This document shows, piece by piece, positions 1-15,000 of a stretch of DNA of 64,000 nucleotides (the first letter of the stretch is position 1; each line of letters begins with the position of its first letter). This DNA is from Eledone cirrhosa. Lineage: Eukaryota. The stretch covers positions 30,876,001 through 30,940,000 of the forward strand of contig OZ024750.1 in assembly GCA_964016885.1 (NCBI GenBank), in the 5' to 3' direction. Position numbers and translations under genes: made by a program. The notes beneath the pieces were generated by a model that saw only the letters and a program-made list of their open reading frames with translations, was not told the DNA's origin and did no database searches.

Positions 1-5
1 CTCAC

Positions 6-95
6 ACTCAGTAGTTCTTTGGACAGTTGGAACAGCTGTCGATGTTACAGGTGCTATTGTTGATGACACAGGTGCTATTGATGATGACACAGGTT
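6..95 (-). CDS. Repeat exon A (unit 1), PTS linker QPVSSSIAPVSSTIAPVTSTAVPTVQRTTE
   Basis: Acceptor ttctag, donor gtgag; 90 nt, phase 1-1; one copy in each of 18 units. Confidence 0.88.
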
Positions 96-3000
96 CTAGA
101 ATTTAGAAAGAATATCTACTTAGTGAATTGTTTTAGACAATTAAAGCAGATCTTTGCACCAGAATAATTGTAAAGAAAATAAAATGAAATATCCTAGATT
201 TCATAGTGAATCTAATCTTTTAAATATTTGAAAATTAGAGCGTTCCACATATCCATAAGTATGTATTTGTAAATTAGAGCGTTCCACATATCCATGAATA
301 AATCTATGTATTTATATGTTGATTTGTCTAGATGTATAAAAGGTACACAGCTCAATGTCAGTATTATGTTTTTCTTTACATAAACATTATTGCTACTAAG
401 AAATGTTTTAAGGGAGATAAGAATAAATGAAGTAAACTAATTGTTTGATTCAATGTGATATTTATTTTGACTGATGGCTGATAAAAGTTCCAGAAAATTT
501 GGAAGGAAATGTAATAAAGTAAAATAAAATCAATATGAATTAGATTTTTTACGAAGAATAAGCTGCTGGTAGAAAGCGATATCATGTAGAAACCACAGAA
601 AATAGTGGAGATTCAAATATTTGTATTAATAGTTGAACATGACATTAAGTTTGAAGAATTATTATTGATACAATATTTATAAACAACATTAATATAATTG
701 TTTCTACTTTAGGCACAAGGCCAGCAATTACCCAGTGCATTACTGGTACTTTATTTTATCGACTCCGTAAGGATGAAAGGCAAAGTCAACCTCATTAATA
801 TAATGCCAGTAATAAACGTATGAATTACAATAGGAAAATTATATATGAATGAGACAAATTTACAAATTTTTAAAGAACTCCCTTCAGATAGATATATCTT
901 TCAATTAAATATATAGTTTCCATTTATGTGTGATGTAGGAATGAAGCACTTGCCTGATTAATTATACATATGAAATATACCAGCTTTTATGTAATTGTTA
1001 GATGTTAACTGGGATTGTTTCAAAATGAGTCCTTATAAAAGAAGTGTAAATTTTAAAAACAAAACTAGAGATCCAAGTTGCAAATTAATGAAGGTTTATT
1101 GGAATTACCAAATATACAGCCATACATATATATTGAAAGATTTATCTACATTGATTCATGAGGAAAGTCATTTAACATAAAACTCACGTTGACTAGTTGT
1201 TGGTACACTTGATACAACTGCTGAAGTGGCTGGTGCCAGTGTTGTTGTAAGAGGATCTGAAGTTTAGGAAAGAAATCACAATAATCAAAATCTATGTGAC
1301 TTTACAAATCAGATGTAAATAAAGATGAGTTGCATCAGGATTAATAGAAATAAATAAATAGATTGGAATTATCACTTACGTTTACAGATTTTGGCAGACA
1401 CAGATACGACCATATCTTCTGTGATATCATCAGCTTCAATTACAATCGTCACAGTTTCTTGACCATTACCACTTGGAATACCAACTGGTCTATCTGGGGT
1501 TGATGTCTGTAGAATGGATTTACATTTTTTATTAATGATAAGATTAAAATAAACAGTGATCGTCAAAAAATATAGACAATGTCGAAATTCCATTAATGAA
1601 TGAAATAGAACACTGTCTGAATTATATGTCCTTATATTCTGTAAATTCTAGAATATCATTATATGAATTGAAATATTAATATAAAGGAAGATACATATGA
1701 AATAAGTAGAAAGAAATATGAAACTTGAATGAAAAAATCACCATCAGATTACCTTGATTGTGTATTCTGTTGAAGGATTTGATAACAAAACAGTATATGA
1801 TTTCACATTTTCATGGTCAACAAGGCTTATTGTTCCACCGGCATTAAGCGTGGGACCAATTTGTAATGTGACAGTTCTTTTAGATTTAGCATTAGTTTTC
1901 CAGCCAACATTTGGTCTCACATCACTAGGTGATCCGACATTAGGACTTAAGGTGATTGCTGTATCAGGGATGAAAGTTTCATCATCCATTGCTTCTGTTA
2001 TCTCACAGAACACTGTTAATTAAAACAATTACATATTATAAAGTGTCAAAATAAAATGATAATAGTACAAATGTTCTATATATGAAGGATAACATATGTA
2101 ATAATTATTGCATTAATACTCACACTCAGTAGTTCTTTGGACAGTTGGAACAGCTGTCGATGTTACAGGTGCTATTGTTGATGACACAGGTGCTATTGAT
2201 GATGACACAGGTTCTAGAATTTAGAAAGAATATCTACTTAGTGAATTGTTTTAGACAATTAAAGCAGATCTTTGCACCAGAATAATTGTAAAGAAAATAA
2301 AATGAAATATCCTAGATTTCATAGTGAATCTAATCTTTTAAATATTTGAAAATTAGAGCGTTCCACATATCCATAAGTATGTATTTGTAAATTAGAGCGT
2401 TCCACATATCCATGAATAAATCTATGTATTTATATGTTGATTTGTCTAGATGTATAAAAGGTACACAGCTCAATGTCAGTATTATGTTTTTCTTTACATA
2501 AACATTATTGCTACTAAGAAATGTTTTAAGGGAGATAAGAATAAATGAAGTAAACTAATTGTTTGATTCAATGTGATATTTATTTTGACTGATGGCTGAT
2601 AAAAGTTCCAGAAAATTTGGAAGGAAATGTAATAAAGTAAAATAAAATCAATATGAATTAGATTTTTTACGAAGAATAAGCTGCTGGTAGAAAGCGATAT
2701 CATGTAGAAACCACAGAAAATAGTGGAGATTCAAATATTTGTATTAATAGTTGAACATGACATTAAGTTTGAAGAATTATTATTGATACAATATTTATAA
2801 ACAACATTAATATAATTGTTTCTACTTTAGGCACAAGGCCAGCAATTACCCAGTGCATTACTGGTACTTTATTTTATCGACTCCGTAAGGATGAAAGGCA
2901 AAGTCAACCTCATTAATATAATGCCAGTAATAAACGTATGAATTACAATAGGAAAATTATATATGAATGAGACAAATTTACAAATTTTTAAAGAACTCCC

Positions 3001-6000
3001 TTCAGATAGATATATCTTTCAATTAAATATATAGTTTCCATTTATGTGTGATGTAGGAATGAAGCACTTGCCTGATTAATTATACATATGAAATATACCA
3101 GCTTTTATGTAATTGTTAGATGTTAACTGGGATTGTTTCAAAATGAGTCCTTATAAAAGAAGTGTAAATTTTAAAAACAAAACTAGAGATCCAAGTTGCA
3201 AATTAATGAAGGTTTATTGGAATTACCAAATATACAGCCATACATATATATTGAAAGATTTATCTACATTGATTCATGAGGAAAGTCATTTAACATAAAA
3301 CTCACGTTGACTAGTTGTTGGTACACTTGATACAACTGCTGAAGTGGCTGGTGCCAGTGTTGTTGTAAGAGGATCTGAAGTTTAGGAAAGAAATCACAAT
3401 AATCAAAATCTATGTGACTTTACAAATCAGATGTAAATAAAGATGAGTTGCATCAGGATTAATAGAAATAAATAAATAGATTGGAATTATCACTTACGTT
3501 TACAGATTTTGGCAGACACAGATACGACCATATCTTCTGTGATATCATCAGCTTCAATTACAATCGTCACAGTTTCTTGACCATTACCACTTGGAATACC
3601 AACTGGTCTATCTGGGGTTGATGTCTGTAGAATGGATTTACATTTTTTATTAATGATAAGATTAAAATAAACAGTGATCGTCAAAAAATATAGACAATGT
3701 CGAAATTCCATTAATGAATGAAATAGAACACTGTCTGAATTATATGTCCTTATATTCTGTAAATTCTAGAATATCATTATATGAATTGAAATATTAATAT
3801 AAAGGAAGATACATATGAAATAAGTAGAAAGAAATATGAAACTTGAATGAAAAAATCACCATCAGATTACCTTGATTGTGTATTCTGTTGAAGGATTTGA
3901 TAACAAAACAGTATATGATTTCACATTTTCATGGTCAACAAGGCTTATTGTTCCACCGGCATTAAGCGTGGGACCAATTTGTAATGTGACAGTTCTTTTA
4001 GATTTAGCATTAGTTTTCCAGCCAACATTTGGTCTCACATCACTAGGTGATCCGACATTAGGACTTAAGGTGATTGCTGTATCAGGGATGAAAGTTTCAT
4101 CATCCATTGCTTCTGTTATCTCACAGAACACTGTTAAATAAAACAATTACATATTATAAAGTGTCAAAATAAAATGATAATAGTACAAATGTTCTATATA
4201 TGAAGGATAACATATGTAATAATTATTGCATTAATACTCACACTCAGTAGTTCTTTGGACAGTTGGAACAGCTGTCGAAGTTACAGGTGCTATTGTTGAT
4301 GACACAGGTGCTATTGTTGATGACACAGGTTCTAGAATTTAGAAAGAATATCTACTTAGTGAATTGTTTTAGACAATTAAAGCAGATCTTTGCACCAGAA
4401 TAATTGTAAAGAAAATAAAATGAAATATCCTAGATTTCATAGTGAATCTAATCTTTTAAATATTTGAAAATTAGAGCGTTCCACATATCCATAAGTATGT
4501 ATTTGTAAATTAGAGCGTTCCACATATCCATGAATAAATCTATGTATTTATATGTTGATTTGTCTAGATGTATAAAAGATACACAGCTCAATGTCAGTAT
4601 TATGTTTTTCTTTACATAAACATTATTGCTACTAAGAAATGTTTTAAGGGAGATAAGAATAAATGAAGTAAACTAATTGTTTGATTCAATGTGATATTTA
4701 TTTTGACTGATGGCTGATAAAAGTTCCAGAAAATTTGGAAGGAAATGTAATAAAGTAAAATAAAATCAATATGAATTAGATTTTTTACGAAGAATAAGCT
4801 GCTGGTAGAAAGCGATATCATGTAGAAACCACAGAAAATAGTGGAGATTCAAATATTTGTATTAATAGTTGAACATGACATTAAGTTTGAAGAATTATTA
4901 TTGATACAATATTTATAAACAACATTAATATAATTGTTTCTACTTTAGGCACAAGGCCAGCAATTACCCAGTGCATTACTGGTACTTTATTTTATCGACT
5001 CCGTAAGGATGAAAGGCAAAGTCAACCTCATTAATATAATGCCAGTAATAAACGTATGAATTACAATAGGAAAATTATATATGAATGAGACAAATTTACA
5101 AATTTTTAAAGAACTCCCTTCAGATAGATATATCTTTCAATTAAATATATAGTTTCCATTTATGTGTGATGTAGGAATGAAGCACTTGCCTGATTAATTA
5201 TACATATGAAATATACCAGCTTTTATGTAATTGTTAGATGTTAACTGGGATTGTTTCAAAATGAGTCCTTATAAAAGAAGTGTAAATTTTAAAAACAAAA
5301 CTAGAGATCCAAGTTGCAAATTAATGAAGGTTTATTGGAATTACCAAATATACAGCCATACATATATATTGAAAGATTTATCTACATTGATTCATGAGGA
5401 AAGTCATTTAACATAAAACTCACGTTGACTAGTTGTTGGTACACTTGATACAACTGCTGAAGTGGCTGGTGCCAGTGTTGTTGTAAGAGGATCTGAAGTT
5501 TAGGAAAGAAATCACAATAATCAAAATCTATGTGACTTTACAAATCAGATGTAAATAAAGATGAGTTGCATCAGGATTAATAGAAATAAATAAATAGATT
5601 GGAATTATCACTTACGTTTACAGATTTTGGCAGACACAGATACGACCATATCTTCTGTGATATCATCAGCTTCAATTACAATCGTCACAGTTTCTTGACC
5701 ATTACCACTTGGAATACCAACTGGTCTATCTGGGGTTGATGTCTGTAGAATGGATTTACATTTTTTATTAATGATAAGATTAAAATAAACAGTGATCGTC
5801 AAAAAATATAGACAATGTCGAAATTCCATTAATGAATGAAATAGAACACTGTCTGAATTATATGTCCTTATATTCTGTAAATTCTAGAATATCATTATAT
5901 GAATTGAAATATTAATATAAAGGAAGATACATATGAAATAAGTAGAAAGAAATATGAAACTTGAATGAAAAAATCACCATCAGATTACCTTGATTGTGTA

Positions 6001-9000
6001 TTCTGTTGAAGGATTTGATAACAAAACAGTATATGATTTCACATTTTCATGGTCAACAAGGCTTATTGTTCCACCGGCATTAAGCGTGGGACCAATTTGT
6101 AATGTGACAGTTCTTTTAGATTTAGCATTAGTTTTCCAGCCAACATTTGGTCTCACATCACTAGGTGATCCGACATTAGGACTTAAGGTGATTGCTGTAT
6201 CAGGGATGAAAGTTTCATCATCCATTGCTTCTGTTATCTCACAGAACACTGTTAATTAAAACAATTACATATTATAAAGTGTCAAAATAAAATGATAATA
6301 GTACAAATGTTCTATATATGAAGGATAACATATGTAATAATTATTGCATTAATACTCACACTCAGTAGTTCTTTGGACAGTTGGAACAGCTGTCGATGTT
6401 ACAGGTGCTATTGTTGATGACACAGGTGCTATTGATGATGACACAGGTTCTAGAATTTAGAAAGAATATCTACTTAGTGAATTGTTTTAGACAATTAAAG
6501 CAGATCTTTGCACCAGAATAATTGTAAAGAAAATAAAATGAAATATCCTAGATTTCATAGTGAATCTAATCTTTTAAATATTTGAAAATTAGAGCGTTCC
6601 ACATATCCATAAGTATGTATTTGTAAATTAGAGCGTTCCACATATCCATGAATAAATCTATGTATTTATATGTTGATTTGTCTAGATGTATAAAAGGTAC
6701 ACAGCTCAATGTCAGTATTATGTTTTTCTTTACATAAACATTATTGCTACTAAGAAATGTTTTAAGGGAGATAAGAATAAATGAAGTAAACTAATTGTTT
6801 GATTCAATGTGATATTTATTTTGACTGATGGCTGATAAAAGTTCCAGAAAATTTGGAAGGAAATGTAATAAAGTAAAATAAAATCAATATGAATTAGATT
6901 TTTTACGAAGAATAAGCTGCTGGTAGAAAGCGATATCATGTAGAAACCACAGAAAATAGTGGAGATTCAAATATTTGTATTAATAGTTGAACATGACATT
7001 AAGTTTGAAGAATTATTATTGATACAATATTTATAAACAACATTAATATAATTGTTTCTACTTTAGGCACAAGGCCAGCAATTACCCAGTGCATTACTGG
7101 TACTTTATTTTATCGACTCCGTAAGGATGAAAGGCAAAGTCAACCTCATTAATATAATGCCAGTAATAAACGTATGAATTACAATAGGAAAATTATATAT
7201 GAATGAGACAAATTTACAAATTTTTAAAGAACTCCCTTCAGATAGATATATCTTTCAATTAAATATATAGTTTCCATTTATGTGTGATGTAGGAATGAAG
7301 CACTTGCCTGATTAATTATACATATGAAATATACCAGCTTTTATGTAATTGTTAGATGTTAACTGGGATTGTTTCAAAATGAGTCCTTATAAAAGAAGTG
7401 TAAATTTTAAAAACAAAACTAGAGATCCAAGTTGCAAATTAATGAAGGTTTATTGGAATTACCAAATATACAGCCATACATATATATTGAAAGATTTATC
7501 TACATTGATTCATGAGGAAAGTCATTTAACATAAAACTCACGTTGACTAGTTGTTGGTACACTTGATACAACTGCTGAAGTGGCTGGTGCCAGTGTTGTT
7601 GTAAGAGGATCTGAAGTTTAGGAAAGAAATCACAATAATCAAAATCTATGTGACTTTACAAATCAGATGTAAATAAAGATGAGTTGCATCAGGATTAATA
7701 GAAATAAATAAATAGATTGGAATTATCACTTACGTTTACAGATTTTGGCAGACACAGATACGACCATATCTTCTGTGATATCATCAGCTTCAATTACAAT
7801 CGTCACAGTTTCTTGACCATTACCACTTGGAATACCAACTGGTCTATCTGGGGTTGATGTCTGTAGAATGGATTTACATTTTTTATTAATGATAAGATTA
7901 AAATAAACAGTGATCGTCAAAAAATATAGACAATGTCGAAATTCCATTAATGAATGAAATAGAACACTGTCTGAATTATATGTCCTTATATTCTGTAAAT
8001 TCTAGAATATCATTATATGAATTGAAATATTAATATAAAGGAAGATACATATGAAATAAGTAGAAAGAAATATGAAACTTGAATGAAAAAATCACCATCA
8101 GATTACCTTGATTGTGTATTCTGTTGAAGGATTTGATAACAAAACAGTATATGATTTCACATTTTCATGGTCAACAAGGCTTATTGTTCCACCGGCATTA
8201 AGCGTGGGACCAATTTGTAATGTGACAGTTCTTTTAGATTTAGCATTAGTTTTCCAGCCAACATTTGGTCTCACATCACTAGGTGATCCGACATTAGGAC
8301 TTAAGGTGATTGCTGTATCAGGGATGAAAGTTTCATCATCCATTGCTTCTGTTATCTCACAGAACACTGTTAAATAAAACAATTACATATTATAAAGTGT
8401 CAAAATAAAATGATAATAGTACAAATGTTCTATATATGAAGGATAACATATGTAATAATTATTGCATTAATACTCACACTCAGTAGTTCTTTGGACAGTT
8501 GGAACAGCTGTCGATGTTACAGGTGCTATTGTTGATGACACAGGTGCTATTGAGGATGACACAGGTTCTAGAATTTAGAAAGAATATCTACTTAGTGAAT
8601 TGTTTTAGACAATTAAAGCAGATCTTTGCACCAGAATAATTGTAAAGAAAATAAAATGAAATATCCTAGATTTCATAGTGAATCTAATCTTTTAAATATT
8701 TGAAAATTAGAGCGTTCCACATATCCATAAGTATGTATTTGTAAATTAGAGCGTTCCACATATCCATGAATAAATCTATGTATTTATATGTTGATTTGTC
8801 TAGATGTATAAAAGGTACACAGCTCAATGTCAGTATTATGTTTTTCTTTACATAAACATTATTGCTACTAAGAAATGTTTTAAGGGAGATAAGAATAAAT
8901 GAAGTAAACTAATTGTTTGATTCAATGTGATATTTATTTTGACTGATGCCTGATAAAAGTTCCAGAAAATTTGGAAGGAAATGTAATAAAGTAAAATAAA

Positions 9001-12000
9001 ATCAATATGAATTAGATTTTTTACGAAGAATAAGCTGCTGGTAGAAAGCGATATCATGTAGAAACCACAGAAAATAGTGGAGATTCAAATATTTGTATTA
9101 ATAGTTGAACATGACATTAAGTTTGAAGAATTATTATTGATACAATATTTATAAACAACATTAATATAATTGTTTCTACTTTAGGCACAAGGCCAGCAAT
9201 TACCCAGTGCATTACTGGTACTTTATTTTATCGACTCCGTAAGGATGAAAGGCAAAGTCAACCTCATTAATATAATGCCAGTAATAAACGTATGAATTAC
9301 AATAGGAAAATTATATATGAATGAGACAAATTTACAAATTTTTAAAGAACTCCCTTCAGATAGATATATCTTTCAATTAAATATATAGTTTCCATTTATG
9401 TGTGATGTAGGAATGAAGCACTTGCCTGATTAATTATACATATGAAATATACCAGCTTTTATGTAATTGTTAGATGTTAACTGGGATTGTTTCAAAATGA
9501 GTCCTTATAAAAGAAGTGTAAATTTTAAAAACAAAACTAGAGATCCAAGTTGCAAATTAATGAAGGTTTATTGGAATTACCAAATATACAGCCATACATA
9601 TATATTGAAAGATTTATCTACATTGATTCATGAGGAAAGTCATTTAACATAAAACTCACGTTGACTAGTTGTTGGTACACTTGATACAACTGCTGAAGTG
9701 GCTGGTGCCAGTGTTGTTGTAAGAGGATCTGAAGTTTAGGAAAGAAATCACAATAATCAAAATCTATGTGACTTTACAAATCAGATGTAAATAAAGATGA
9801 GTTGCATCAGGATTAATAGAAATAAATAAATAGATTGGAATTATCACTTACGTTTACAGATTTTGGCAGACACAGATACGACCATATCTTCTGTGATATC
9901 ATCAGCTTCAATTACAATCGTCACAGTTTCTTGACCATTACCACTTGGAATACCAACTGGTCTATCTGGGGTTGATGTCTGTAGAATGGATTTACATTTT
10001 TTATTAATGATAAGATTAAAATAAACAGTGATCGTCAAAAAATATAGACAATGTCGAAATTCCATTAATGAATGAAATAGAACACTGTCTGAATTATATG
10101 TCCTTATATTCTGTAAATTCTAGAATATCATTATATGAATTGAAATATTAATATAAAGGAAGATACATATGAAATAAGTAGAAAGAAATATGAAACTTGA
10201 ATGAAAAAATCACCATCAGATTACCTTGATTGTGTATTCTGTTGAAGGATTTGATAACAAAACAGTATATGATTTCACATTTTCATGGTCAACAAGGCTT
10301 ATTGTTCCACCGGCATTAAGCGTGGGACCAATTTGTAATGTGACAGTTCTTTTAGATTTAGCATTAGTTTTCCAGCCAACATTTGGTCTCACATCACTAG
10401 GTGATCCGACATTAGGACTTAAGGTGATTGCTGTATCAGGGATGAAAGTTTCATCATCCATTGCTTCTGTTATCTCACAGAACACTGTTAAATAAAACAA
10501 TTACATATTATAAAGTGTCAAAATAAAATGATAATAGTACAAATGTTCTATATATGAAGGATAACATATGTAATAATTATTGCATTAATACTCACACTCA
10601 GTAGTTCTTTGGACAGTTGGAACAGCTGTCGAAGTTACAGGTGCTATTGTTGATGACACAGGTGCTATTGAGGATGACACAGGTTCTAGAATTTAGAAAG
10701 AATATCTACTTAGTGAATTGTTTTAGACAATTAAAGCAGATCTTTGCACCAGAATAATTGTAAAGAAAATAAAATGAAATATCCTAGATTTCATAGTGAA
10801 TCTAATCTTTTAAATATTTGAAAATTAGAGCGTTCCACATATCCATAAGTATGTATTTGTAAATTAGAGCGTTCCACATATCCATGAATAAATCTATGTA
10901 TTTATATGTTGATTTGTCTAGATGTATAAAAGGTACACAGCTCAATGTCAGTATTATGTTTTTCTTTACATAAACATTATTGCTACTAAGAAATGTTTTA
11001 AGGGAGATAAGAATAAATGAAGTAAACTAATTGTTTGATTCAATGTGATATTTATTTTGACTGATGCCTGATAAAAGTTCCAGAAAATTTGGAAGGAAAT
11101 GTAATAAAGTAAAATAAAATCAATATGAATTAGATTTTTTACGAAGAATAAGCTGCTGGTAGAAAGCGATATCATGTAGAAACCACAGAAAATAGTGGAG
11201 ATTCAAATATTTGTATTAATAGTTGAACATGACATTAAGTTTGAAGAATTATTATTGATACAATATTTATAAACAACATTAATATAATTGTTTCTACTTT
11301 AGGCACAAGGCCAGCAATTACCCAGTGTATTACTGGTTCTTTATGTTATCGACTCCGTAAGGATGAAAGGCAAAGTCAACCACATTAATATAATGCCAGT
11401 AATAAACATATGAATTACAATAGGAAAATTATATATGAATGAGACAAATTTACAAACTTTTAAAGAACTCCCTTCAGATAGATATGTCTTTCAATTAAAT
11501 ATATAGTTTCCATTTATGTGTGATGTAGGAATGAAGCACCTGCCTGATTAATTATATATATGAAATATACCAGCTTTTATGTAATTGTTAGATGTTAACT
11601 GGGATTGTTTCAAAATGAGTCCTTATAAAAGAAGTGTAAATTTTAAAAACAAAACTAGAGATCCAAGTTGCAAATTAATGAAGGTTTATTGGAATTACCA
11701 AATATACAGCCATACATATATATTGAAAGATTTATCTACATTGATTCATGAGGAAAGTCATTTAACATAAAACTCACGTTGACTAGTTGTTGGTACACTT
11801 GATACAACTGCTGAAGTGGCTGGTGCCAGTGTTGTTGTAAGAGGATCTGAAGTTTAGGAAAGAAATCACAATAATCAAAATCTATGTGACTTTACAAATC
11901 AGATGTAAATAAAGATGAGTTGCATCAGGATTAATAGAAATAAATAAATAGATTGGAATTATCACTTACGTTTACAGATTTTGGCAGACACAGATACGAC

Positions 12001-15000
12001 CATATCTTCTGTGATATCATCAGCTTCAATTACAATCGTCACAGTTTCTTGACCATTACCACTTGGAATACCAACTGGTCTATCTGGGGTTGATGTCTGT
12101 AGAATGGATTTACATTTTTTATTAATGATAAGATTAAAATAAACAGTGATCGTCAAAAAATATAGACAATGTCGAAATTCCATTAATGAATGAAATAGAA
12201 CACTGTCTGAATTATATGTCCTTATATTCTGTAAATTCTAGAATATCATTATATGAATTGAAATATTAATATAAAGGAAGATACATATGAAATAAGTAGA
12301 AAGAAATATGAAACTTGAATGAAAAAATCACCATCAGATTACCTTGATTGTGTATTCTGTTGAAGGATTTGATAACAAAACAGTATATGATTTCACATTT
12401 TCATGGTCAACAAGGCTTATTGTTCCACCGGCATTAAGCGTGGGACCAATTTGTAATGTGACAGTTCTTTTAGATTTAGCATTAGTTTTCCAGCCAACAT
12501 TTGGTCTCACATCACTAGGTGATCCGACATTAGGACTTAAGGTGATTGCTGTATCAGGGATGAAAGTTTCATCATCCATTGCTTCTGTTATCTCACAGAA
12601 CACTGTTAATTAAAACAATTACATATTATAAAGTGTCAAAATAAAATGATAATAGTACAAATGTTCTATATATGAAGGATAACATATGTAATAATTATTG
12701 CATTAATACTCACACTCAGTAGTTCTTTGGACAGTTGGAACAGCTGTCGATGTTACAGGTGCTATTGTTGATGACACAGGTGCTATTGATGATGACACAG
12801 GTTCTAGAATTTAGAAAGAATATCTACTTAGTGAATTGTTTTAGACAATTAAAGCAGATCTTTGCACCAGAATAATTGTAAAGAAAATAAAATGAAATAT
12901 CCTAGATTTCATAGTGAATCTAATCTTTTAAATATTTGAAAATTAGAGCGTTCCACATATCCATAAGTATGTATTTGTAAATTAGAGCGTTCCACATATC
13001 CATGAATAAATCTATGTATTTATATGTTGATTTGTCTAGATGTATAAAAGGTACACAGCTCAATGTCAGTATTATGTTTTTCTTTACATAAACATTATTG
13101 CTACTAAGAAATGTTTTAAGGGAGATAAGAATAAATGAAGTAAACTAATTGTTTGATTCAATGTGATATTTATTTTGACTGATGGCTGATAAAAGTTCCA
13201 GAAAATTTGGAAGGAAATGTAATAAAGTAAAATAAAATCAATATGAATTAGATTTTTTACGAAGAATAAGCTGCTGGTAGAAAGCGATATCATGTAGAAA
13301 CCACAGAAAATAGTGGAGATTCAAATATTTGTATTAATAGTTGAACATGACATTAAGTTTGAAGAATTATTATTGATACAATATTTATAAACAACATTAA
13401 TATAATTGTTTCTACTTTAGGCACAAGGCCAGCAATTACCCAGTGCATTACTGGTACTTTATTTTATCGACTCCGTAAGGATGAAAGGCAAAGTCAACCT
13501 CATTAATATAATGCCAGTAATAAACGTATGAATTACAATAGGAAAATTATATATGAATGAGACAAATTTACAAATTTTTAAAGAACTCCCTTCAGATAGA
13601 TATATCTTTCAATTAAATATATAGTTTCCATTTATGTGTGATGTAGGAATGAAGCACTTGCCTGATTAATTATACATATGAAATATACCAGCTTTTATGT
13701 AATTGTTAGATGTTAACTGGGATTGTTTCAAAATGAGTCCTTATAAAAGAAGTGTAAATTTTAAAAACAAAACTAGAGATCCAAGTTGCAAATTAATGAA
13801 GGTTTATTGGAATTACCAAATATACAGCCATACATATATATTGAAAGATTTATCTACATTGATTCATGAGGAAAGTCATTTAACATAAAACTCACGTTGA
13901 CTAGTTGTTGGTACACTTGATACAACTGCTGAAGTGGCTGGTGCCAGTGTTGTTGTAAGAGGATCTGAAGTTTAGGAAAGAAATCACAATAATCAAAATC
14001 TATGTGACTTTACAAATCAGATGTAAATAAAGATGAGTTGCATCAGGATTAATAGAAATAAATAAATAGATTGGAATTATCACTTACGTTTACAGATTTT
14101 GGCAGACACAGATACGACCATATCTTCTGTGATATCATCAGCTTCAATTACAATCGTCACAGTTTCTTGACCATTACCACTTGGAATACCAACTGGTCTA
14201 TCTGGGGTTGATGTCTGTAGAATGGATTTACATTTTTTATTAATGATAAGATTAAAATAAACAGTGATCGTCAAAAAATATAGACAATGTCGAAATTCCA
14301 TTAATGAATGAAATAGAACACTGTCTGAATTATATGTCCTTATATTCTGTAAATTCTAGAATATCATTATATGAATTGAAATATTAATATAAAGGAAGAT
14401 ACATATGAAATAAGTAGAAAGAAATATGAAACTTGAATGAAAAAATCACCATCAGATTACCTTGATTGTGTATTCTGTTGAAGGATTTGATAACAAAACA
14501 GTATATGATTTCACATTTTCATGGTCAACAAGGCTTATTGTTCCACCGGCATTAAGCGTGGGACCAATTTGTAATGTGACAGTTCTTTTAGATTTAGCAT
14601 TAGTTTTCCAGCCAACATTTGGTCTCACATCACTAGGTGATCCGACATTAGGACTTAAGGTGATTGCTGTATCAGGGATGAAAGTTTCATCATCCATTGC
14701 TTCTGTTATCTCACAGAACACTGTTAATTAAAACAATTACATATTATAAAGTGTCAAAATAAAATGATAATAGTACAAATGTTCTATATATGAAGGATAA
14801 CATATGTAATAATTATTGCATTAATACTCACACTCAGTAGTTCTTTGGACAGTTGGAACAGCTGTCGAAGTTACAGGTGCTATTGTTGATGACACAGGTG
14901 CTATTGATGATGACACAGGTTCTAGAATTTAGAAAGAATATCTACTTAGTGAATTGTTTTAGACAATTAAAGCAGATCTTTGCACCAGAATAATTGTAAA

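Noticed and set aside
376-1180. 69-aa (-) and 61-aa (+) ORFs in each unit
   Set aside because: AT-rich intron sequence; the 61-aa ORF is broken in units 12, 14, 15 and 17 while true exons stay intact.
1754-2023. Plus-strand 89-aa ORF repeated in every unit
   Set aside because: Antisense shadow of exon D; no splice or domain support.
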